Assembly: GCF_006345805.1 (NCBI RefSeq)
Contig: NW_021831740.1
Location: forward strand, 1-34,391
From: Octopus sinensis
Taxonomy: Eukaryota
Direction of reading: 5' to 3'
Length of the DNA: 34,391 nt
Both the position numbers and the translations under genes were made by a program. Below, piece by piece: positions 1 through 9,646 of this stretch (position 1 is the stretch's first letter; each line of letters starts with the position of its first letter). The notes under the pieces were generated by a model, which saw only the letters and a program-made list of their open reading frames with translations, was not told where the DNA came from and did not search any database.

Positions 1-177
1 CCGGGGCACACCCAGCGCCCTAGGGCAAGTGAAGGTTAAGTGTTGTTGAAATATAGCTGAAAGCTTGGGGAGGGGAAGTAGAGATTATTTCCATGTAATG
101 CAAACACAAACATTTACATTGATAGGGTTTTTCTAAGGATGTGGGCAGTACTTGTTAGCACAATCTTTTGGATTTCC

Positions 178-186
178 TTATTATTA

Positions 187-272
<86 letters not shown>
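178..272. repeat. (TTA)n microsatellite; (TAA)n tail/target of the adjacent R4/Dong-like fragment
   Basis: About 31 perfect TTA units; source of the poly-Leu ORF at 139-348. Confidence 0.97.
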
Positions 273-275
<3 letters not shown>

Positions 276-513
276 TAGTTTTATTTTTATAGCGTGCTTT
301 CACTTCACTACCGAGCGCAGCTCTGTGTACCTTGGGTATGTGCTGTGATTTGTTGTGATGCTCTGATGGTTATTGTATGGAAAGTGTTCTGCGTAGGATG
401 TGTGCAGTGCCTAGTAGTGCAATTTTCTGTATGTTATATGTGTTTGTAAGTCCTGGTGTTTTTGTTATGTATTTGTCTATTTCCAGGTCTTTGTATTTTG
501 AGAGTTTCTCCAT
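273..513 (-). mobile_element. 3' end of an RLE-type non-LTR retrotransposon (R4/Dong-like), 5'-truncated and internally deleted
   Basis: Minus strand 513-370 translates MEKLSKYKDLEIDKYITKTPGLTNTYNIQKIALLGTAHILRRTLSIQ*. EKxxKYxDL and IQKxALLGTAHILR are characteristic C-terminal motifs of restriction-like-endonuclease LINEs. A ~100-bp 3' UTR and a (TAA)n tail follow. Confidence 0.85.
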
Positions 514-534
514 ATTATTATTATTATTATTATT

Positions 535-793
535 GAGTGAGAGAGCAGTTCATGCCATCAAAGTGACACTGGGGTAAAATATACGAAGCCCAATATACCC
601 ATCATGACTACCCGTCTGATAAGGGTACACCAGCACATGCATCACAACCATATGTGCGCGACATTGTGATTCGTATCAAGATAAACAGCACATGACCTTG
701 CAGGTGGGGCCCAGTTAGAATTTTTCTTCAGGTCGAGTAGCCCATCCTGCTCAAAAGGTCCTGAAAAGGGTTGCTTTAGGATGTTGAACGAAA
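535..793 (-). mobile_element. Unclassified non-coding interspersed repeat fragment ending in (TAA)n
   Basis: GC-balanced block bounded on both sides by TAA arrays, with no ORF. It resembles a repeat I recall from octopus DNA (unverified). Confidence 0.5.
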
Positions 794-795
794 TA

Positions 796-863
<68 letters not shown>

Positions 864-2024
864 TATAAGAAAAGAGACAGAGAAAAAGAGAGAGTGAAGG
901 AATTACGAAGAGAGTTAACATAAAATTAGTATTGATTTAATCATTTTGCATTAGCACTAAAAAGTCGGATAAAATTTGAACAATAATAATTATATGTATA
1001 CCATACTACCTGATACTGATATTGGCCATACTGGCAGAAGTATACTTCTAAAGTTACCATCATATGATGGGTGATGCTCTTGTGTACTGTTATAAAGAGA
1101 AAGAGCGACCAGTAATTTAGTATTTTTGTTCCAGTATTCCTGTTGAAATACATTGCTTTTGTTTCGATAAACTTTGAAATAATGAAAGCATAAAAAAACA
1201 AAAAAAAAAAGATGATTTAGTCATTATTAAGTTGATGTTTGGAAGACGTATTAAAAGTAAGTTTTAATTTCGAGAAATTTGTATCAGAGAACCAGTTGAA
1301 GTCTCAGGTATATCCGTTACCGAAAAGGTTAAACTGTAAATCAAGAAACAAATTGATTAATGGCAGATAAATAAACCATAGGAAAGTTAAAGAAAACTCA
1401 GAGAACACATCTAAAATAAAATCTTTACGCAAAAGAACAAAGAATAAAAAAGATCTTATAGCTACCTGATTAGCACAAAATGTTGGAGATAAACTCCAAA
1501 AATCTGATTAGAAATGTTCTTGACAGTTGAAAAGCTCTCGCATTGTGGAGGCAAATACGTTTAACAGCCATAATTTTTCAAGTTAAGGTTTAGTCTACGA
1601 CTAGGGAGTAGATAACGAAGTTTATATTGATAGTGAGAAGACTTTATAAGAAGCGAATATAGAATTTCCAAAGAATTACTAAGGAATTTCAAAAGAAATT
1701 CGAATGCTTAAGACGTTGTGGAAACAGAAAGATAGAAGCAGAAAGAGAGAGATGGCTGATCAATTTTGAAACTTAGAAAAACGTGAGTTGAAGCTCTAGT
1801 ATGAAATTAAAATAAAAAAACGGGATGAAAAGTGAAGCGAAGTGACAAGACATGTTTTCAATTAATTGTGTATAGTAATTAATGGAAAGAATTAAATACA
1901 TACATACGTACACAAATACGTGAGTGTGTGTCTCTGTGTGTGTATATATATGTATATATATATTGATATATATCTATATATATACACACACACACATATA
2001 TATATATACATATATATATATTGA

Positions 2025-2101
<77 letters not shown>

Positions 2102-2105
2102 TATA

Positions 2106-2894
2106 CGAAAGAAGGTTTGAAAATGCAATTTTAAAAGATGTTTATTTACTTTACCGGTTTCACTCTTTGGAAAAATATCGTCAAAAGTAACATGTAAAAG
2201 TTTGGTTGTGTTAATTATTGGTTGTTACAAAATGCTACATTACATATATACAGTCTTTGGTAACAAGAACTTGTTAAGGACGTTAACATGGTGGACAGGT
2301 CAGTTTAAGCTTCGCTACTATTATAATGTAAACATTTTTGAATTCACAATATTCTGTGCGTGTATACCAATATCCCACTGAACTTTTTAATAATTCCTTC
2401 TGGAAACTATCTTTTACATTTTCTTGAGAATGTATATATTTGCTGTAATCTTTTGTACCCAATATTTCAATGAACGTGTTAAACTTTTTTATGTTCTTAA
2501 CATGCTCTTGTCACCAAAGAATGTTTATACGTGTATTGTAGTACTCTGTGACAACCAAAATTCTGTGCGTGTTTGAATATACAGATACAATACCAATATT
2601 CCACTGAACTTTTTAATAATTCCTTCTGGAAACTATCTTTAACATTTTCTTGAGAATGTATATTTATGTTGTAATCTTTTGTGCCCAATATTTTAAGGAA
2701 CCTGTTAAACTTCCTTATGTCCTTAACATGTTCTTGTTACCAAAGACTGTATATAAGTAATGTAGCATTTTGTAACAACCAATGATTAACACAACCAAAC
2801 TTTTACATGTTACTTTTGACAATCCTTTGCCAAAGAATAAAACCGGTAAAGTAAATAAACAGCTTTTAAAATTGCATTTTCAAACCTTCTTTCG
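2106..2894. mobile_element. Non-autonomous Tc1/mariner-type element (MITE/foldback) with ~176-bp TIRs and TA TSD
   Basis: 2106-2281 (CGAAAGAAGGTTTGAAAATGC...TTGTTAAGGAC) is the near-perfect reverse complement of 2719-2894. TA flanks both ends. An internal ~210-bp direct duplication is present and there is no ORF. Confidence 0.88.
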
Positions 2895-3032
2895 TATATA
2901 ATTCCACTCGTGCGGTACCCTACAACTCCACTTTGTTATATATTTACATATATATATTTTATAAATACGTATATATATATATGCGTGTATGTGTATACCT
3001 ATAAAAACTATAAGTCTATAAGTATGTAAACA

Positions 3033-3190
3033 GAACCGTCTCGGCGGCATCAAAGGCCATGGGTAAATCAGTGCACAAGGCCCTATGATATTTATATATT
3101 GATAGGAAGACACATCAGGTAGATGAGAACTGGACCCCTAGACGCATGAAGCCTCTGGACAACTGCTTGTGTGCAATGTGTGTACTGTGT
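3033..3190. mobile_element. Possible degenerate small DNA-transposon remnant
   Basis: CAGAACCGTCTCGG...CAGTGCACAAGGCCCTA and GGACCCCTAGACGCATGAAGCCTCTGGACAACTGC resemble the GC-rich ends of invertebrate MITEs. The right TIR is not recognisable. Confidence 0.3.
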
Positions 3191-3367
3191 GTACACACAC
3201 TCGCACGCGCACACAAACACGCACACACACATTCACACACACACACGCATCTACACGTAGATATAAACACTGTGGATTTAGTGAATTATAACAATAGTTT
3301 GATAAATTTGTTTTCGAAAAAATTATTGTAAGTCCAGTAAAAGACAAATAAACAGTAGCCTGTTATA

Positions 3368-4010
3368 CTAGTTCTCTGTCATTTCTGTAGAGAAATAAAT
3401 CTTTTCTGTATAATAATTTCCTTTAATCTTGGTAAATGGTGATAAATCTAGAGTTAAAATATTCTGGAATTCTGATGCCATCGCATATTCTCGTAAAAAT
3501 CTGTTTAATGAAGCGATAATGATTTTCTCCGTACGATCACAATGAAAATATTTAAAATTCATTGTTTAAAGCATCAGTAGTAGTTACGTTAATGATAGAA
3601 GTGGGTTTTAGCATAGCATAGCTCAACTTTATCAAAATTTTGTTCAGCAGAATAGCAGAATTTAGCTGTGCTCTCTTTGACGATGCTTTGGATTTTCTGA
3701 TTAAAAGAAGTGCTTTGATAGGATAAAAACGTTCGTTATAAGTTTTCTAACTGAAATCGAATACAGAGGATTAAACCAAGTAATTTTCTTTTCATATATT
3801 TGAGGGTTATTATTTGAAGGTACAAAAGGCCCTAATTATTTAATCCTATCAGTAAAACCTTTAAGCTTAAGGGTTTCATTCTACATAAGAGCAGCAGTAT
3901 TGGATACATTTCCACTAGAAGATAAGAGGAATACTCTCAAAGACATTGTGCGGGCGAGATTATGAAGAATACTTTTAGCGCGACGAGATTGGTCAATATA
4001 GAAAATGGAT
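3368..4010 (-). mobile_element. Degenerate Penelope-like element ORF remnant (region between RT and GIY-YIG)
   Basis: Minus-strand translation gives ILHNLARTMSLRVFLLSS..., KKITWFNPLYSISVRK (3761-3790; cf. the KIIWFNPPYS motif) and IKLSY (3618-3632) in the expected order, interrupted by stops and frameshifts. Confidence 0.75.
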
Positions 4011-4089
4011 TTTCGTAAAGTTTCTATAAGAACAATAATTTCGTAAAGTTTAAATAAGAGCAATTTTCGTAAAGTTTATATAAGAGCTA
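4010..4089. repeat. Short tandem repeat, 3 copies of a ~26-bp unit
   Basis: TTTCGTAAAGTTTnnATAAGARC occurs three times. Confidence 0.85.
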
Positions 4090-4169
4090 AATATTGCTCT
4101 TATATAAAATGAATTTGAAAGGTTAAATATTTGAAAGCATTGTGCTGCGGCGGCAATTTTAAAACTCAA

Positions 4170-4605
4170 ATTCTTTTATTCTTTTATCATTTTTACTTGT
4201 TTCGGTCATTTGACTGCAGCCATGCTTGAGCACCGCCTTGAAGGGTTTTAGTCGAACAAATCGACCACTGGACTTACTCTTTGTAAGCCTGGTACTTATT
4301 CTATCGCTCTCTTTGGCCGAACCGCTGAGTTACAGAGGCATAAACACACCAGCATCGGTTTCAAGCGATGGTGGGGAAACAAACAAAAGCATATGCAATA
4401 ATTACATAATATATGCATGCATACACACACCCATACATATATGACGGGCTCCTTTCAGTTTCTGTCTATCTAATCCACTCACAAGGCCTTGGTCGACTTG
4501 AGTTTATAGTAGAAGACTCTTTCCCGCAGTGTTACGCAGTGGGATTGAACACAGAACCATGTAGCTGGGAACTAAACTTCTTACCACTCAGCCACGCCCG
4601 CGCCT
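4170..4605 (-). mobile_element. tRNA-derived SINE, family B (GGAGTGGCTGTGTGGTAAG head type)
   Basis: Reverse complement aligns along its length to the copies at 6625-7030 and 15897-16296: A/B-box head, central (TG/TA) microsatellite, GGTGCTCCAGCATGGCCGCAG tail. Confidence 0.9.
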
Positions 4606-4942
4606 ATGGCAAGCGGGCAAGAAAGTGTCTTTCGAAAGGAGCCAGAAGACTGCAGGTTCATATTTATAGTAGGAGCAAGCCGTCGTCATAGCAAATACAA
4701 TCTTGTACAAATGGGAAACCTATATTAAAAAGCATTTAAAATATTGAGGATAAATTAAGTCACTAATCGAAACCAGGTCGAAGCATTTTGATGTCTCAAA
4801 ATCCCCATACCATATCTCAATGAATCAAGTGTGTTCGGAACATTCATTGTCTGAAAGAAGTTAGACGTCGTCTTACAAAGAGGAAATATAACAGCGATTA
4901 TCGTATTCACGTTCGAATCTTCCGGAACGTATTAATAATGAA

Positions 4943-5180
4943 TACTAGCAGTATCGCCCGGCGTTGCTCAGGTTTGTAAGGGAAATAACTATAAAGCATT
5001 TTTTCAGAACTGGAGGAACTTTTCAAAATTTTCGCTGCGTTAGTTTTGAATTATGACATTGAGCTATGTGTGTGTCAAGTTTCATCAGAATCGGTTGAAA
5101 GCCGTGGTCAGGGTGAGGGTGCAAGCAAACAGACACACAGAAACACGCACAGACAAATTGCCGTTTATATATAGAGAGAT
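4943..5180 (+). mobile_element. Helitron/Helentron-associated (HINE/DINE-1-like) non-autonomous element, internally deleted copy
   Basis: Starts TACTAG...CCCGGCGTTGCTCAGG, contains AAGTTTCATCAGAATCGGTTG and an ACAGAC microsatellite, and ends GCCGTTTATATATAGAGAGAT. Near-identical to 32669-33062 but lacks ~156 bp. Confidence 0.8.
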
Positions 5181-5789
5181 GTACAACGTTGTTTTGATAG
5201 ATGCTGTTCTCCGTGTATCTAACAATTTATTATGGGTTTGATAGACATTAGTACGCACCATTAAATAATTTACGGTTTTCTATAAACGAAACACAAAACT
5301 CTTGTATAGATTCATGGATGCGGGGTAATTTCGGATCTAGTCAAATAGATTCGCAAAATATGCATTTTTTAAAAGGAAGTAAGAAATCTGAAAATCGGCT
5401 ATAATAATATAGTTTTCCAGTCTTATTGCTATGAAGTATGATGTTGTGGAGAAAAAATGGAGGAAAAAGTTACAGGGGCTTAAAAATCGAAAAGACTGTG
5501 AAATTTTAGCCAATAGCGAGACAGAAATTTTCTGTGTTTAGTGGAGCGGTGTCAACTTTAAGGTTGTACCCTGTGAAATGTATAGTTTAGCGTCTGTGAA
5601 ATGACCTGTCCATTGTACGTTTCTAAATGAGCAGAAATACCTAATGAAATCAACATGTATCATCTTACTGGCCACTTTGTTTTCAAAATATCGCTGGCAG
5701 AAGTGGATCTTAGCTATCACTCAATTGCGCAGGTGCGTGCGGCTGACGAAAAGCCACCTAGCTCCATACTGGATCAATCCCGCGATCCT

Positions 5790-5835
5790 GTTAGCTGATG
5801 GAGGTTAGTAGGGGTTCGCTGCCCCTGCTAGCGAT
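5790..5835 (+). mobile_element. Helitron-type terminus (GC hairpin followed by CTAG)
   Basis: AGGGG-TTCGCTG-CCCCT (5810-5826) is followed by GCTAG (CTAG at 5828-5831). The element probably extends leftwards, but the other end was not identified. Confidence 0.5.
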
Positions 5836-5952
5836 ATATTATATATAAAGGATGCAGGATGTTGCATTGAAAACCAGCTGGCGGAGAATCTGCCTGGGGT
5901 TAAACTAGTAGTAACATTCACCATCCACTTTGATGTGGCAACTCGCTTTACC

Positions 5953-5984
<32 letters not shown>

Positions 5985-5989
<5 letters not shown>

Positions 5990-6105
5990 CGTGATTACCG
6001 TGACCGAACAGGCTATCAGATGTTGCTACACATCGCTGGTCACAATGCGCTTCGCATTGTTTTAGCCTTCAAATGACGCCACCCCGCTGGCTAAGCGAGC
6101 AGGCC
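5985..6105 (-). mobile_element. SINE 3' fragment (family D) next to a (TA)n run
   Basis: Minus strand ends ...CGGTCACGGTAATCACGGTGA followed by (TA)n. No second copy is in the window, so the call rests on recognition. Confidence 0.45.
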
Positions 6106-6126
6106 GATATATATATATATATATAT

Positions 6127-6355
6127 ATTTCTTTACTACCCACAAGGGGCTAAACACAGAGGGGGACAAACAAGGACAGACAATCGGATTAAGTCGATTA
6201 TATCGACCCCCAGTGTGTAACTGGTACTTATTTAATCGACCCCGAAAGGATGAAAGGCAATGTCGACCTCGGCGGAATTTGAACTCAGAGCGTAACGGCA
6301 GACGAAATACGGCTACGCATTTCGTCCGGTGTGCTAACGTTTCTGCCAGCTCGCC
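6127..6355 (-). mobile_element. tRNA-like SINE, family C (GGCGAGCTGGCAGAA head), full length
   Basis: Head GGCGAGCTGGCAGAAACGTTAG with B-box GAGTTCAAATTCC and tail ...GTGGGTAGTAAAGAAAT. Matches the copies at 19040-19256 and 34157-34388. Confidence 0.9.
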
Positions 6356-6372
6356 TGTGTATGTGTGACACA

Positions 6373-6518
6373 TACGAAGGGGTGCTGAAAAGTTCCTGGC
6401 TTTGGGGTAAAAGAAAATACAGGATCCCTGTAAAAGAACTCGGAACGCAGGGACTCCGGCCAGGCCTTAGCGATACTCTTAACGCCATGAACTTTTCCGC
6501 AAACCCCACCACCTCGCA
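6373..6518 (-). mobile_element. Mariner-type MITE, internally deleted copy
   Basis: TACGAAGGGGTGCTGAAAAGTTCCTGGC end. Both halves are reverse-complement matches to the MITE at 16334-16528. Confidence 0.8.
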
Positions 6519-6624
6519 AATACATTCATACATATATATATAGACATAGTTAAGATCTACATATAGCAGTGGTCTTATTCCGCTGTAGTATCACTTTCTG
6601 GTATACGTATTTATGTATTTAACT

Positions 6625-7040
6625 GGGAGTGGCTGTGTGGTAAGTAGCTTGCCTACCAACCACATGGTTCTGGGTTCAGTCCCACTGCGTGGCATCTTGG
6701 GCAAGTGTCTTCTACTATAGCCTCGGGCCGACGAAAGCCTTGTGAGTGGATTTGGTAGACGGAAACTGAAAGAAGCCCGTCGTATATATGTATATATATA
6801 TGTATGTATGTGTGTGTATATGTTTGTGTGTCTGTGTTTGTCCCTCTAGCATTGCTTGACAACCGATGCTGGTGTGTTTACGTCCCCGTCACTTAGCGGT
6901 TCGGCAAAAGAGACCGATAGAATAAGTACTGGGCTTACAAAAGAATAAGTCCCGGGGTCGATTTGCTCGACTAAAAGGCGGTGCTCCAGCATGGCCGCAG
7001 TCAAATGACTGAAACAACTAAAAGAGTAAAAAAAAAAAAA
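6625..7040 (+). mobile_element. tRNA-derived SINE, family B, full length with A-rich tail
   Basis: A-box TGGCTGTGTGG, B-box GGTTCAGTCC, central microsatellite, A-rich tail. Four other copies are in the window. Confidence 0.92.
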
Positions 7041-7393
7041 GAGTATGTTATGTGTTTGTGTGTGTATGCTTATGTACATCAGCGTGCATCGCCATTTTGT
7101 GCATATATCATTTTTATCAATGCCTATTTCCTAACTGTATGAAACCAATCTTTTTGTACAAATGGAATTTATTTTTAGTATGTGGGAATATTACCATGTG
7201 TCAAGTGTTCTTTGATTTTTCTAATTTCCTCAATTCATGTCACATTGCTGGAATCCTCTTCTTTGGTTCGTATTTTTTTTGTTTATGTGCTAATCTGCCT
7301 GTTTGTCAGTGCTTCCGTATATAGGTATAGCATGGTGTGTAAAGATCTCTTTCTCTCTCAATGCATATGTGTGCATTTGTATGTGTATAAGTG

Positions 7394-7516
<123 letters not shown>

Positions 7517-7624
7517 TATTTTCCGTTTTATGCTGTTGCCGCATTATGTCGTACGCGAATGAGAGGATTTGCATCCCCAACATAGAATTTTTGATGTAAT
7601 ACATGTCCTTGAGGTAGTAGTTGT

Positions 7625-7704
7625 GCGCGGCTGAAGAAGGCCATAGACACACATTATGCATTGTTATAAATCCGTCTAATAAAGGCCCGAAACATATGTA
7701 CCAC
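7625..7704 (+). ncRNA. Type I hammerhead ribozyme motif of Penelope-like-element style
   Basis: CTGAAGA core at 7631-7637. Helix II is GGCC/GGCC (7639-42/7684-87), extended by TAGAC/GTCTA (7644-48/7674-78). GAAA at 7689-7692. Palindromic helix III ACATATGT. GUA cleavage triplet at 7698-7700. Helix I is weak (GG/CC, one mismatch, then G-C). Confidence 0.7.
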
Positions 7705-7831
7705 TGAATCCTTGGCATCATGTTTTTATTTTGATTAATTTACTCCACCACCTACACCACCAAACGGTATATACAGGTGCTTACAATTATCAAGTACTCA
7801 CCCTGAATTTATATATATATATATATATAAC

Positions 7832-8054
7832 GGAAGGTTTACGAAAATAAACAAAAGACGAAGGCAGGTTTACGAAAAATAAATAAAAGACGAAGGCAGG
7901 TGGAGTACAAACAAACAATGTATTAGTATGGCGCTCAGGAATAGAAATAAAACAAGTCTTTTACGTTTCGAGCCTACGCTCTTCGACGGAAAGATACACA
8001 GAAAAGAAACAAGGAGAGAAAAAAATGCGTGTAGGGGCTAACGATCCAACATGG
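7832..8054 (-). mobile_element. Penelope-like terminal (pLTR-type) fragment with a degenerate hammerhead motif
   Basis: Minus strand 7994-7957 reads TCTTT CCGTCGA A GAG-CGTAGG-CTC GAA ACGT A AAAGA. A ~31-bp tandem duplication lies at 7836-7899. Confidence 0.6.
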
Positions 8055-8057
8055 ATA

Positions 8058-8995
8058 GCAGGTTGGTGCAAAAATAATGTCCGATTTCTAGAAAAATTGT
8101 TTCAGAGCGAATTTATCAATTTTTTAGCCTCTTCTTATTGTTTTAAAATATCTCGGTGTCTAATATGTACTCTTTTCTTTCAGGTTATCTAACTTCTAGC
8201 CATAGTTCTCAGACGTAGAGGCGCAATGGCCCAGTGGTTAGGGCAGCGGACTCGCGGTCATAGGATCGCGGTTTCGATTCCCAGAGCGGGTGTTGTGAGT
8301 GTTTATTGAGCGAAAACACCTAAAGCTCCACGAGGCTCTGGCAGGGGATGGTGGTGATCCCTGCTGTACTCTTTCACCACAACTTTCTCTCACTCTTACT
8401 TCCTGTTTCTGTTGTACCTGTATTTCAAAGGGCCGGCCTTGTCACTCTCTGTATCACGCTGAATATCCCCGAGAACTACGTTAAGGGTACACGTGTCTGT
8501 GGAGTTCTCAGCCACTTACACGTTAATTTCACGAGCAGGCTGTTCCGTTGATTCGGATCAACCGGAACCCTCATCGTCGTAACCGACGGAGTGCTTCCAA
8601 TCCAAAGTTCTCAAAAAATTTTACGACCATGTTTGTCTCATCTAAAGATCACATAAGAAATGATTTTCTCTGTGAGTTTCATAAAGGTTTAATGCACGTA
8701 CGGCAGCAAGATCTATTCAGACCACTTATGGGGATGATGTAGTGAATGAAAGAAGTTGCAGGAGGTGGTTTTCCCGTTTCGGAAGTGGTGATTTCACTTT
8801 GAAAGAAGAGCCAAAAGATTCCGAAATGTTGGAAGCTCTTGTTTCAGAGAACCCTATCGTTACCACTAGGGAACTTCCAGAACAGTTAAACGTGGCTCAT
8901 ACAACTGTGGTACGCCAGCTAAAACACATTGGAAAGGTTGCAGTGGCTGGAAAATGGGTCCCTCACGAGCTGTCTCCAGAGAATCGACAAGTATA
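8058..8995 (+). mobile_element. Mariner transposon 5' half (TIR plus degenerate transposase), interrupted by a SINE
   Basis: TIR-like CAGGTTGGTGCAAAAATAAT at ~8059 and ATG at 8629. With one frameshift it translates MFVSSKDHIRNDFLCEFHKG...VNERSCRRWFSRFGSGDFTLKEEP...TTRELPEQLNVAHTTVVRQLKHIGKV..GKWVPHEL (WVPHEL at 8955-8972). It is truncated before the DD34D domain. Confidence 0.92.
8215..8605 (+). mobile_element. tRNA-derived SINE, family A (GGCGCAATGGCCCAGTGG head), inserted in the mariner
   Basis: A-box TGGCCCAGTGG, B-box GGTTTCGATTCC, a TCG (Arg-like) anticodon-position triplet, and TSD AGTTCTCA at 8204-8211 and 8606-8613. Compatible with the octopus OR-type tRNA-Arg SINEs (unverified). Confidence 0.92.
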
Positions 8996-9257
8996 GATAG
9001 AGAAGCCTTAATATGCTAATTAACCATAGGTGGGATCCAAATAAATGCTACTACTTCGGGTCAGCGTAGACCTGGGATCAATAATGACAAAGAGGTGGTT
9101 CAACACTTCTCAAAACCCTGGAACACCCGAGGGCCTGCCCCTGGATGCAGTTTAAAGTTATTCTCACTGCAATATAACCGCGGAGAAGGATGCATTTCTG
9201 GTTTCAGATAAAACTGTCAGGCCTGTAAATGTTTCCAGATGATCCTGCCCGAGATAT

Positions 9258-9646
9258 GGATGGAAGCACTCTGTCGGTTACGACAATGAGGGTCCCGGTT
9301 GATCCGAATCAACGGAACAGCCTGCTCGTGAAATTAACGTGTAAGTGGCTGAGCACTCCACAGACACGTGTACCCTTAACGTAGTTCTCGGGGATATTCA
9401 GCGTGACACAGAGAGTGACAAGGCCGGCCCCTTGAAATACAGGTACAACAGAAACAGGAAGTAAGAGTGAGAGAAAGTTGTGGTGAAAGAGTACAGCAGG
9501 GATCACCACCATCCCCTGCCGGAGCCTCGTGGAGCTTTTAGGTGTTTTCGCTCAATAAACACTCACAACGCCCGGTCTGGGAATTGAAACCGCGATCCTA
9601 TGATCGTGAGTCCGCTGCCCTAACCACTGGGCCGTTGCGCCTCCAC
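9258..9646 (-). mobile_element. tRNA-derived SINE, family A
   Basis: Roughly 95% identical reverse complement of 8215-8605, with an 11-bp TSD GCCCGAGATAT at 9247-9257 and 9647-9657. Confidence 0.93.

Noticed and set aside
139-348. Poly-Leu ORF and the many I/Y/H/T/C/V/E/R-repeat ORFs across the window
   Set aside because: They are translations of (TTA)n, (TA)n, (CA)n, (GA)n, (GATA)n and (GAA)n microsatellites.
660-780. Possible HDV-like ribozyme on the minus strand of the TAA-associated element
   Set aside because: I could not build a consistent nested double pseudoknot (P1/P1.1/P2/P3) by hand.
5082-5092. CTGATGA on the minus strand (also 32964-32970, and 23364 on the plus strand)
   Set aside because: Part of the HINE motif or the (GAT)n tail. 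No helix II or correctly placed GAAA, so not hammerheads.
7610-7632. TGAGGTAGTAGTTGTGCGCGGCT resembles mature let-7
   Set aside because: No complementary star arm (CTACTACCTC-like) lies nearby, so no pre-miRNA hairpin can form. The sequence runs into the hammerhead motif instead, so it is treated as coincidence.
8215-8290. tRNA-like sequences at SINE heads (also 9575-9646, 11103-11175, 19890-19962)
   Set aside because: They lack a complete cloverleaf and continue into SINE bodies with TSDs, so they are not tRNA genes.
9030-9170. Segment resembling a common cephalopod repeat
   Set aside because: Single diverged fragment with no in-window support. Left unannotated.
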